Shown here piece by piece: positions 41,734-50,798 of a stretch of DNA of 64,000 bases (its first letter is position 1; each line of letters opens with the position of its first letter). Position numbers and translations under genes: made by a program. This DNA is from Erysipelotrichaceae bacterium (GTDB taxonomy: Bacteria; Bacillota_I; Bacilli_A; RFN20; CAG-826): positions 226 through 64,225 of the forward strand of contig JAAYCD010000093.1 in assembly GCA_012744375.1 (NCBI GenBank), given 5' to 3'. The notes under the pieces were generated by a model. It did not search any database. It worked only from the letters and a program-made list of their open reading frames with translations, and had not been told where the DNA came from.

Positions 41734-42741
41734 ATGAAAAAAATTGGTATTTTAGGCTCCGGTACTTGGGGCGCAGCTTTAGCAAATTTATTAACAGGCA
41801 TTGGCCATGATGTTGTCTTATGGTCAAAATTTCCTCATGAAAAAGAGGCATTAGAAAACAGCTTAACACACCCGAATTTACCAGGGGTTGATTTAAATAA
41901 GAAAATTCACTTTTCCGCGGACATCGTTGAAAGTGTAACTGAAAGGGACATCATTGTTTTTGCCACACCTTCGGTTTTTGTGCGTCAAACAGCCCTTCTG
42001 GCGCGTCCTTTCCTTTCCAATAAGCAAATTATCGTCACCGTTGCTAAAGGCATTGAGGAAGGCTCTTTATTAACTACTAGTGAGATTATCCATGATGTCT
42101 TAAAAGACAAAGACTTACCTGTGGTTGCACTTTCAGGTCCAACTCACGCCGAAGAAGTGGCGATTGAAATGCCAACTTGTATTGTCGCCACATGTGAAAA
42201 TATTAAATATGCTGAGATTATTCAAGACGTGTTTTATTCTTCAAAGTGCTTAAGAGTATATACAAACCAAGATATATTGGGTGTCGAAATTTGCGGCGCT
42301 TTGAAAAACATTATCGCTTTAGCGGCCGGTATGAGTGATGGCTTGGGTTATGGTGATAACGCTAAAGCTGCCCTGATTACTCGCGGCTTAAGAGAAATTA
42401 CTCGGATTGGCTTAGCGATGGGAGCAAACATTAATACTTTCTCCGGCTTAACTGGAATTGGTGATATTGTTGTTACTGCGACCAGTGTGCATTCAAGAAA
42501 TCACCGCGCGGGATATTTGCTCGGTAAAGGTTTTACCTTACAAGAAACCTTAGCGAAAGTTGGCATGGTGGTGGAAGGACTTAATTCCTTAAATGCTGCG
42601 ATTGAGCTAGAGAAGAAATTTGATCTACAATTACCGATTATTGATACTGTTTACGATATTATCCAAGGTAAAACAACAGTCAAAGAAGCAGTTACCTCCT
42701 TGTTTTCAAGAAAAAAGCAAAACGAAGTCAACTTCTATTAA
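41734..42741 (+). CDS. gpsA: NAD(P)H-dependent glycerol-3-phosphate dehydrogenase
   Basis: MKKIGILGSGTWGAALA Rossmann N-terminus and GpsA core. Confidence 0.85.
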   Translation: MKKIGILGSGTWGAALANLLTGIGHDVVLWSKFPHEKEALENSLTHPNLPGVDLNKKIHFSADIVESVTERDIIVFATPSVFVRQTALLARPFLSNKQIIVTVAKGIEEGSLLTTSEIIHDVLKDKDLPVVALSGPTHAEEVAIEMPTCIVATCENIKYAEIIQDVFYSSKCLRVYTNQDILGVEICGALKNIIALAAGMSDGLGYGDNAKAALITRGLREITRIGLAMGANINTFSGLTGIGDIVVTATSVHSRNHRAGYLLGKGFTLQETLAKVGMVVEGLNSLNAAIELEKKFDLQLPIIDTVYDIIQGKTTVKEAVTSLFSRKKQNEVNFY

Positions 42742-42743
42742 GT

Positions 42744-42775
42744 AAAAACCACCTCAAAAAATTGAGGTGGTTTTC
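42744..42775. terminator. Bidirectional terminator between gpsA and the convergent enoate-reductase gene
   Basis: aaaaaCCACCTCaaaaaattGAGGTGGtttt. Confidence 0.75.
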
Positions 42776-42796
42776 ATTTGCTTTGATGATAATTAG

Positions 42797-44869
42797 CTAA
42801 AGTTTCATCGCAACATCCCAAGCCCGCCAGATGACAGTACGGAGATTACCGACTTCATGGCAATCACCGACGAGATGAATATGTTTGTCCTTATTAAATT
42901 GTGGTGTTGGGTTATATCCAATTGAGAGTATAACTTTGCTACCAGGAATAAATAATTCCTTACCATCTTTATCAATGGCAATGACCCCATCTTCACGAAT
43001 TTCTTTAACTTTTGTTTCTAAATGAACTGGTGTTTCGTGTAACAAAAAGTAATCTCTTAAATAAGAAGAATTGGCTAAGCAAACTCCGGGTACCGCAATC
43101 AAATCATTTTTCATTTCAATGATTGTTGGTTTTTTACCATTAAGAGACAAGTCATAAGCAATTTCACAGCCCGTTAAGCCGCCACCAATAACGATTGGAT
43201 TTTCACCATAATCACCATTTCTATCCTTTAAGTAATCTAAAGCATCAATAGCTAGTTGAATGCCTTGAATATTTAAACTTTTTGCCTTAGAACCAGTAGC
43301 AACCACTAGTTCATCAAATTGGCCTTGTTTAGCTAAGCATTTGGAACAGTCAATGGATGCATTCATGAAAACTTTTATGTTTTCGTATTTCTTGATTTCA
43401 CGGCGATACCAATCCAAAAGCTTGCGGTCTACTTCTTTGAAGTCAGGAGTAGTCGCGGTTACAAACACACCACCTAATTGATCAGTTTTTTCAAATAGTG
43501 AAACATTATGTCCTCTTTTTGCTAACACAATGGCTGTTTCCATACCGCCAATCCCACCGCCAATAACGGCGATTTTCTTTATTTTCTTAGCAGGAACGAT
43601 TTTGTATTTTTTCGTCTGCATGGTCATCGGGTTTAACGCACAACGCGCCATATGTAATGCGTCATGCAAAGGTTGGTCGTTTGCGACACCTTTATAATGC
43701 GCCATATTAAAGCAAGCATTGTGGCAGTGAATGCAAGGCATGATTTCTTCTTCACGACCTTCCATAAGTTTTGTCACCCATTTTGGATCAACGAGAAATT
43801 GGCGAGCAACACCCATCGCATCAATTTTGCCTTCCTTGATAGCTTCAGCGGCAACTTCAGGAGTCATGCGACCAGCACAAACAACAGGAATATTAACAAA
43901 TTTCCTTATGTGTGAGACATCTTCAAGATTACAGTTTTCTGGCATATAGCCTGGAGGATGAGCCCAATACCAAGCATCATAAGTGCCGTTGTCGCAGTTA
44001 AGCATGTCATAGCCTGCATCTTGCAAATATTTAGCTGCTCTTTCACTTTCTTCCATAGCGCGACCAATTTCGACGAATTGTTCGTTTGGCATTGCGCCTC
44101 TACCGAAAGCTTTAGTTTTGCTAACGACTGAGTATCTTAAGGTGACTGGAAAATTTTCACCGCACACTTTTTTAATTGCCTTAACAATTTCTACTGGAAA
44201 GCGATAGCGGTTTTCAAAACTGCCACCCCATTTATCTTTTCTAAAGTTTGAGTATGGGAGGGTGAACTGGTCTAATAAGTAACCTTCGTGAACAGCATGA
44301 ATTTCCACCCCATCCACCCCGGCGTCCTTACATAATTTCGCCACTTTAGCAAAGCCATCAATCATTTTAAGAATTTGCTTTTCACTTAGTTCTTTTGTCA
44401 TGACAGTTTCGTCCCAACGGTTAGGTAAAACGCTAGGAGCGGCATTAATCCAATTCATATTAAAAACTGGTTTTAATAAACCGCCGATGAGTTTGTTTTT
44501 GCAGCATTTGACCATGATATCGTTAATCGCCATTACGCGACCAAAGCCGGCAGTCAACTGCACAAACATTTTCGCTCCAGTTTGGTGAAGTTCATCCATA
44601 AAGGGCTTTAGTTTTTTATACATTCCTTTATTGGAATATAACCAGCCACCCATCATCGGGTTTTTAATTGGAGCGATGCCGGGGAGAATTAAACCAACGT
44701 TATTTTTTGCTCTTTCTAGTAAGAAGTTTGCCGCCTCTTTATCAAAATGCGCTGGTTCCATCCAACCGAAAATAGAAGTGCCTCCCATTGAAGTCATCAC
44801 GATACGGTTTTTAATTTCCACATCGCGAATTTTCCACGGAGTAAATAAAGGTTTATAAATCTTTTTCAT
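42797..44869 (-). CDS. Enoate-reductase / 2,4-dienoyl-CoA-reductase-type flavoprotein (OYE FMN barrel, 4Fe-4S motif, FAD/NAD(P)-binding domain)
   Basis: OYE N-terminus PLFTPWKIRDVEIKNRIVMTSMG; CIHCHNAC...C Fe-S motif; C-terminal GxGxxG dinucleotide fold (IAVIGGGIGGME). Start taken at MKKIYKP (ATG at 44867-44869) rather than the ORF-track 44926. Confidence 0.7.
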   Translation of the reverse strand: MKKIYKPLFTPWKIRDVEIKNRIVMTSMGGTSIFGWMEPAHFDKEAANFLLERAKNNVGLILPGIAPIKNPMMGGWLYSNKGMYKKLKPFMDELHQTGAKMFVQLTAGFGRVMAINDIMVKCCKNKLIGGLLKPVFNMNWINAAPSVLPNRWDETVMTKELSEKQILKMIDGFAKVAKLCKDAGVDGVEIHAVHEGYLLDQFTLPYSNFRKDKWGGSFENRYRFPVEIVKAIKKVCGENFPVTLRYSVVSKTKAFGRGAMPNEQFVEIGRAMEESERAAKYLQDAGYDMLNCDNGTYDAWYWAHPPGYMPENCNLEDVSHIRKFVNIPVVCAGRMTPEVAAEAIKEGKIDAMGVARQFLVDPKWVTKLMEGREEEIMPCIHCHNACFNMAHYKGVANDQPLHDALHMARCALNPMTMQTKKYKIVPAKKIKKIAVIGGGIGGMETAIVLAKRGHNVSLFEKTDQLGGVFVTATTPDFKEVDRKLLDWYRREIKKYENIKVFMNASIDCSKCLAKQGQFDELVVATGSKAKSLNIQGIQLAIDALDYLKDRNGDYGENPIVIGGGLTGCEIAYDLSLNGKKPTIIEMKNDLIAVPGVCLANSSYLRDYFLLHETPVHLETKVKEIREDGVIAIDKDGKELFIPGSKVILSIGYNPTPQFNKDKHIHLVGDCHEVGNLRTVIWRAWDVAMKL

Positions 44870-45010
44870 TATATGTGTACCTTTCCTACACGAGTATTTT
44901 ATCACAAACCAAAATGACAAATTCAATATTTCGTTACAATTCGGTAAAAAAATATTGATTTCATTTAATATATAAGTTATAAATAGTTTGGTAAAAAAAT
45001 ACCGAATATT

Positions 45011-45643
45011 ATGGAAAAGAAAAAAGTCTCAATTCGTCAATTAGAAAGATATCCCGTATACCTCAACTTCTTGCTATCGCTACGCAATAGTGGAATTGAT
45101 AAGGTTTCGTCGAAACAAATTGCAGAAATGATGCTCTGTTCGGAGGAACAGGTGAGAAAAGATTTACAACTTGTTTCTCCTAAAAAAGCTTCTCCAGGAA
45201 GACAACGCGATGTCGGAGCACTCATCAATTTACTAAAAAACTTTCTTGGTTATAACAAAATCAACGAAGCGGTGTTAATTGGTGTTGGACATTTAGGTGG
45301 AGCCCTGATGTCATTTAAAGGATTTTTGGACTTTGGTTTAGAAATCGTTGCAGGATTCGATGTTAATCCCGCGCTTATCAACACCACAATCGCTGGTAAG
45401 CCTATCTATGATTTAGCGGAATTACCACGCATCTTAGAAGAAAGAAAAATTACCATCGCGATTCTCACCACTCCAAAATCTGTCAGCCAAGAAACTGTCG
45501 ATAAATTAGTGGACTTTGGCATAAAGGCCATTTGGAATTATGTTCCAATGCACCTAAATGTACCAAAAGATGTCGTCATTGAAAATGTCGATTTCGCCGC
45601 CTCTCTTGCCATTCTCTCCCATCGTATCAATCGCAAAATTTAG
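45011..45643 (+). CDS. rex: Redox-sensing transcriptional repressor Rex
   Basis: N-terminal winged helix-turn-helix plus a Rossmann NADH-binding domain (AVLIGVGHLGGAL); 210 aa. Confidence 0.8.
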   Translation: MEKKKVSIRQLERYPVYLNFLLSLRNSGIDKVSSKQIAEMMLCSEEQVRKDLQLVSPKKASPGRQRDVGALINLLKNFLGYNKINEAVLIGVGHLGGALMSFKGFLDFGLEIVAGFDVNPALINTTIAGKPIYDLAELPRILEERKITIAILTTPKSVSQETVDKLVDFGIKAIWNYVPMHLNVPKDVVIENVDFAASLAILSHRINRKI

Positions 45644-45657
45644 GAGGATTATATCCT

Positions 45658-48276
45658 ATGCTAGAAGAAAAGAAAATTGCTTCAGAAATATTAGAAGAAA
45701 TTAACACTCTTGTAACCAATGGTCAAAAAGCTCTTGAACAATTTGAAAATTATGATCAAGAGAAAATTGATTATATTGTCGCCAAATGTTGTGTTGCCGG
45801 CCTAGACCACCATGGTTCTTTAGCTAGAGCGGCAATTGAAGAAACTAAACGCGGAGTATTTGAAGACAAGGCTGTTAAAAATTTATTCGCCTGTGAATAT
45901 GTGCAAAACAATATGCGCCACTTAAAGACAGTTGGTATTATTAGTGAAAATTCAATATCTGGTATTACACAAATTGCTGAACCTGTTGGCGTTATTTGTG
46001 GTATTACACCAGTTACTAACCCAACTAGCACAGTCATCTTTAAAGCGCTCATTTGCTTAAAAACTCGTAATCCGATTATTTTTGCTTTCCATCCTTCTGC
46101 TCAACAATCTAGCAAGCAAGCTGCGCAATTAATGAAAGCAGTAGCAGAAGAAGCCGGTGCTCCAAAAAACTGTATTCAATGGATTGAACATCCTAGTCTT
46201 GATGCCACAAGTGCGTTAATGAACCACCCAGGTGTAGCCACTATCTTAGCGACTGGTGGTAATGCTCTTGTTAAGGCCGCTTATAGTTGTGGCAAACCAG
46301 CTTTGGGTGTTGGTGCGGGTAATGTCCCCGCCTACATGAATAAGTCATGCGATATTGAGCAAGCAGTCAACGACATTGTCTTAAGCAAGGCTTTTGATAA
46401 TGGTATGGTATGCGCTTCCGAACAAGCGACAATTATCGATCAAGAAATTTGGGATGAAGCACTCGCCACTTTCGAACGTTTCAAAGTCTATTTTCTTAAT
46501 GATGAAGAAAAAGCAAAACTTTCTAAATATATGTTTGGCTATGTTAAAGGTGAAGCTGACGTCGAAAAAGCCGTTCTTAATTCCGCAGCTGTTGGTCAAT
46601 CAGCCACATGGATTGCTGAACAATCCGGAATTAAAGTTCCTGCTGATACAACAATCTTGGGTGTTGTTTGCGATGAAGTTGGCCCTAACGAACCCCTTTC
46701 TCGTGAAAAATTATCCCCAGTTTTAGCCTTCTTAAAGAGCACAAATGTCGAAGAAGGCTTCAAACTTGCCGCTGAAATGGTAGCATTTAATGGCCTTGGT
46801 CATAGCGCGGCAATTCATTGCAAAGATCAAAAAATGGCTGATGATTTTGGTAAACTAGTCAAAGCAATTAGAATCATTTGGAATTCTCCTGCAACTTTTG
46901 GTGGCATAGGCAATGTGTATAACTCATTCCTACCATCTTTAACTTTAGGTTGTGGTTCATACGGCCATAACTCAATCGGCGGAAATGTTAGTGCTATCAA
47001 CTTATTAAATATTAAGCAAGTTGGTAAAAGGAGAAATAATATGCAATGGTTTAAAGTTCCTGCAAAAATCTATTTCGAAAGAAACTCGATTCAATATTTA
47101 AGAGATTGTAAAGAAATGCACAAAGTGTTCATCGTCACCGATAAGATGATGATTGAACTTGGCTTCTTACATAAGATTGAAGAACAACTCAATTCAAGAA
47201 GTGAAAAACCAATTATTCAAATTTGTAGCAGTATCGAACCAGATCCGGATATTTCTTCTGTGAGAAAAGGTGCCGATATGATGAAAGTGTTTGAACCCGA
47301 TACTATTATCGCATTAGGTGGTGGTTCGGTTATGGACGCTGCAAAAGGTATGTGGCTTTTCTATGAACATCCTGAAGTCAATTTTGAAGACTTAAAACAA
47401 AAATTTATGGACATTCGTAAAAGAGCGTTCAAATATCCAGAATTAGGCAAAAAGTCCAAACTCATTTGTATTCCAACTACATCAGGTACTGGTAGTGAAG
47501 TAACTCCATTTGCTGTTATTTCTGATAAAGCAAACAAAAAGAAATATCCACTCGCAGACTATTCTTTAACTCCCACTATTGCGATTGTTGATCCAGAATT
47601 CACAACTAATTTACCTAAGGGTGCAACTGCAATGACTGGGTTGGATACTCTTACCCACGCAATCGAAGCTTATGTTTCAGTCATGGCAAACGACTTTACC
47701 GATGGCTTATGTTTAAAAGCTATTCAACTAGTTTTTAACTATCTACCACGTGCAGTAAAGTATGGAGCACAAGACTTAGAAGCTAGAGAAAAAATGCACA
47801 ATGCTGCGACCATCGCGGGTATGGCATTTGCTAACGCTTTTTTAGGCATTGCCCATAGTTTAGCTCACAAAGTAGGTGGTGAATTCCACGCGACTCACGG
47901 CTTAGCGTGTGCAATTTTGTTACCACATGTTATTCGTTATAACGGTAAGGTGCCTACAAAATTAAGCGTCTGGCCAAAATACAATCATTATGTGGCAGAT
48001 AAGCGCTATCAAGAAATCGCCCAATTACTCGGATTAAAGGCCGACTCCCCAGAAGTAGGCGTTGAAGCTTTAGCAACTGCTGTCACCAATTTATTAAGAG
48101 AAATCGGCGTAGATCCAAATTTCTCTGCCTACGGTATTAAAGAAGAAGAATGGTTAACTAAGATTGATGAAATTGCAACCTTAGCTTATGAAGATCAATG
48201 TTCACCTGCAAACCCAAGAATGCCTTTGGTAGCCGATATGAAACAAATCCTTATCGATAGCTTCAAGGGGAATTAA
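45658..48276 (+). CDS. adhE: Bifunctional acetaldehyde-CoA / alcohol dehydrogenase
   Basis: 872 aa; N-terminal ALDH domain and C-terminal Fe-ADH domain; 14 nt after rex. Confidence 0.9.
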   Translation: MLEEKKIASEILEEINTLVTNGQKALEQFENYDQEKIDYIVAKCCVAGLDHHGSLARAAIEETKRGVFEDKAVKNLFACEYVQNNMRHLKTVGIISENSISGITQIAEPVGVICGITPVTNPTSTVIFKALICLKTRNPIIFAFHPSAQQSSKQAAQLMKAVAEEAGAPKNCIQWIEHPSLDATSALMNHPGVATILATGGNALVKAAYSCGKPALGVGAGNVPAYMNKSCDIEQAVNDIVLSKAFDNGMVCASEQATIIDQEIWDEALATFERFKVYFLNDEEKAKLSKYMFGYVKGEADVEKAVLNSAAVGQSATWIAEQSGIKVPADTTILGVVCDEVGPNEPLSREKLSPVLAFLKSTNVEEGFKLAAEMVAFNGLGHSAAIHCKDQKMADDFGKLVKAIRIIWNSPATFGGIGNVYNSFLPSLTLGCGSYGHNSIGGNVSAINLLNIKQVGKRRNNMQWFKVPAKIYFERNSIQYLRDCKEMHKVFIVTDKMMIELGFLHKIEEQLNSRSEKPIIQICSSIEPDPDISSVRKGADMMKVFEPDTIIALGGGSVMDAAKGMWLFYEHPEVNFEDLKQKFMDIRKRAFKYPELGKKSKLICIPTTSGTGSEVTPFAVISDKANKKKYPLADYSLTPTIAIVDPEFTTNLPKGATAMTGLDTLTHAIEAYVSVMANDFTDGLCLKAIQLVFNYLPRAVKYGAQDLEAREKMHNAATIAGMAFANAFLGIAHSLAHKVGGEFHATHGLACAILLPHVIRYNGKVPTKLSVWPKYNHYVADKRYQEIAQLLGLKADSPEVGVEALATAVTNLLREIGVDPNFSAYGIKEEEWLTKIDEIATLAYEDQCSPANPRMPLVADMKQILIDSFKGN

Positions 48277-48331
48277 ATTCAACCATTCAATTACACCAAT
48301 ATTTTTAAGAGCGTATTTGTGTCAATTAATG

Positions 48332-48360
48332 TTGTTATTTGATACGCGCGCTCGTATAAT
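48332..48360 (+). promoter_or_regulatory. Candidate sigma-A promoter for the hydrogenase operon
   Basis: TTGTTA (48332-48337), 17-bp spacer, TATAAT (48355-48360). Confidence 0.45.
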
Positions 48361-48402
48361 TAAAGACGCTTGATTACTAAAAGTAATAACTAGGAGGCTA
48401 TT

Positions 48403-48888
48403 ATGGCAAAATTACAACCACAAGCTGTAAAACTAATTACCGAAATAGTTGAACGGTTTAAGGATGAACCAACACCAACCATGATGATTCTTGAAGAAAT
48501 TCAAAGGGAATACGGTTATGTTCCTCTTGAAGTCCAAGAATTGGTCAGTCAATTAACTGGAATTCCAGTCAGTGAAATTTATGGTGTGGTCACTTTTTAT
48601 TCGTTCTTTTCTATGGTACCAAAGGGCAAATATGTTGTCGGTGTTTGCTTAGGCACTGCTTGTTATGTTAAGGGCAGTCAATTGGTGAGCGATAAATTCA
48701 GTGAAGTTCTTGGTATTAAACCAGGCGAAACAACTGCTGATGGTTTATTCACCCTTGATCACTTACGTTGCATTGGCGCTTGTGCCGTCGCTCCAGCCGT
48801 TTCTATTAACGGTAAAGTATATCCACAAGTTAAAGTGGACAACGTGAAGAAAATTGTCGAAGACTATCGTGCAAAGGAGGCGCAATAA
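48403..48888 (+). CDS. hydC: [FeFe]-hydrogenase NuoE-like [2Fe-2S] subunit (HydC/HndA)
   Basis: Thioredoxin-like 2Fe-2S motifs CLGTACYVKG...CIGAC. Confidence 0.75.
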   Translation: MAKLQPQAVKLITEIVERFKDEPTPTMMILEEIQREYGYVPLEVQELVSQLTGIPVSEIYGVVTFYSFFSMVPKGKYVVGVCLGTACYVKGSQLVSDKFSEVLGIKPGETTADGLFTLDHLRCIGACAVAPAVSINGKVYPQVKVDNVKKIVEDYRAKEAQ

Positions 48889-48890
48889 TT

Positions 48891-50786
48891 ATGAATTTGG
48901 AAAAAATTAAAAGCGAACAAGAATTACAAGAGCGCTTTGAACATTGCAGTAAGTGCTTAGACAAAAAATTCCGTGGCGAACCAGGTCATCGTGCAATTGT
49001 TGTTTGTGGTGGTACAGGTTGCTTATCTAGTGACTCTCAAGAAGTGGTGGATAATTTCCTCCAATTAATTAAGGATAATGGCTTAGAGGGCAAAGTAACA
49101 GCCAACCTCGTTGGTTGCTTTGGCTTCTGCTCACAAGGTCCATTTGTTAAAATTTTCCCAGAAGATACTCTTTATACCAAGGTCAAACCAGCCGACGTTA
49201 AAGAAATTTTCGAAAAAGATATTTTAAACGGTGAAGTCGTTACTCGTTTGCTCTTTGTTGACCCTCAAACAAAAGAGCATGTCCAAAGACAAGTCGACAT
49301 CAACTTTTATCGTTTACAAAATAGAAACTACGCCCTTGCCGGTAACGGCGAAATCGATCCAGAAAACCTTGATGAAGCTCTCGGCTACGGCGCTTTCAAA
49401 GGCTTAGCAAGAGCCTTAAAGATGTCAAGAGATGAAGTCATTCAAGAAGTGATTAAGTCCGGTTTGCGTGGTAGAGGTGGCGCAGGTTTTCCAACTGGTA
49501 AAAAATGGTCCTTTGTACCAAAAACTCCTGGACCAAAATATATGATTTGTAATGGTGACGAAGGTGACCCAGGTGCTTTCATGGATCGTTCCATCATTGA
49601 AGGTAATCCAGTCAACTTAATCGAAGGCATGATGATTGCTGGTTATGCGATTGGCGCACAAGATGGTTACTTCTACGTTCGTGCTGAATATCCGGTTGCT
49701 GTTAAAAGATTAGCCAAAGCTATCGAAGAATTAGAAGAAATCGGTTTATTAGGCGATAACATCTTAGGTTCCGACTTCTCATTCCGCTGCCACATTAGAT
49801 TAGGCGCTGGCGCATTCGTTTGTGGTGAAGAAACAGCTTTGATTAATAGTATTGAAGGCAAACGCGGTATGCCTCGCCCTCGCCCTCCATTCCCTGCAGT
49901 TAAAGGTTTATGGGATTGTCCATCGGTCGTTAATAACGTCGAAACTCTCGCATGCTTACCTTTAATCTTAAGAGAAGGTTGGGAAAAATTTGCCGCAATT
50001 GGCACTGCTGATACCAAAGGTACTAAAGTATTTGCTCTTGGTGGCAAAGTTAATAACGTTGGTTTAGTTGAAGTTCCAATGGGCACAACTTTAAGACAAT
50101 TAATTTATGATATCGGTGGTGGCATTCCAGATGGTAAAAAATTCAAGGCCATTCAAACTGGCGGTCCTTCTGGCGGTTGCTTAACTGAAAAAGACTTAGA
50201 TACACCAATCGACTTTGGTAGCTTGGTAGCTGCTGGTAGTATGATGGGTTCTGGTGGCGCTATTGTTATGGACGAAGACAACTGTATGGTCGACGTCGCT
50301 AAATTCTATATGGAATTCATTTGCGATGAATCATGTGGTAAATGTTCTCCATGCCGTATCGGCACCAAGAGAATTTTAGATATCTTAACAAAGATTTGTG
50401 ATGGTAAAGGCACTCCACAAGATTTAGATAATCTTCAAGAATTAGCCGCTGTTGTTAAAAACAACTCTCTCTGTGCATTAGGCCAAACCGCTGCTAACCC
50501 AATCGTTAGCACGATTAAAGCTTTCCCAGAAGAATATCAAGCACACGTCGTTGATCACAAATGCCCAGCCCATGTTTGCAAAAACATGATGGAATATTAT
50601 ATCATTCCAGAGAAATGTATTGGCTGTGGTGCTTGTCAACGTGGTTGCCCAACTAGCTGTATCCATCCAACCGATATCCCAGCCAAACTTCCAAATAAGT
50701 TTGTCTTGAAGATTGATGTCGCTAACTGCGTTAAGTGTGGTAACTGCCAAGCAGCATGTCGCTTCGGCGCCGTTATCAAGAGATAG
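48891..50786 (+). CDS. hydB: [FeFe]-hydrogenase NuoF-like NAD(P)H-binding flavoprotein subunit (HydB/HndC) with additional ferredoxin domains
   Basis: N-terminal 2Fe-2S; GLRGRGGAGFPTGKKW FMN/NADH site; ESCGKCSPCR 4Fe-4S; two C-terminal CxxCxxCxxxCP motifs. Confidence 0.8.
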   Translation: MNLEKIKSEQELQERFEHCSKCLDKKFRGEPGHRAIVVCGGTGCLSSDSQEVVDNFLQLIKDNGLEGKVTANLVGCFGFCSQGPFVKIFPEDTLYTKVKPADVKEIFEKDILNGEVVTRLLFVDPQTKEHVQRQVDINFYRLQNRNYALAGNGEIDPENLDEALGYGAFKGLARALKMSRDEVIQEVIKSGLRGRGGAGFPTGKKWSFVPKTPGPKYMICNGDEGDPGAFMDRSIIEGNPVNLIEGMMIAGYAIGAQDGYFYVRAEYPVAVKRLAKAIEELEEIGLLGDNILGSDFSFRCHIRLGAGAFVCGEETALINSIEGKRGMPRPRPPFPAVKGLWDCPSVVNNVETLACLPLILREGWEKFAAIGTADTKGTKVFALGGKVNNVGLVEVPMGTTLRQLIYDIGGGIPDGKKFKAIQTGGPSGGCLTEKDLDTPIDFGSLVAAGSMMGSGGAIVMDEDNCMVDVAKFYMEFICDESCGKCSPCRIGTKRILDILTKICDGKGTPQDLDNLQELAAVVKNNSLCALGQTAANPIVSTIKAFPEEYQAHVVDHKCPAHVCKNMMEYYIIPEKCIGCGACQRGCPTSCIHPTDIPAKLPNKFVLKIDVANCVKCGNCQAACRFGAVIKR

Positions 50787-50798
50787 GAGAATCAAATT

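Noticed and set aside
44927-45010. Canonical Rex operator (TTGTGAA-N-TTCACAA) upstream of rex/adhE and hydC
   Set aside because: Half-sites such as TTGTGATAAA are present but no convincing inverted repeat with correct spacing was found by eye. Left as unverified rather than called.
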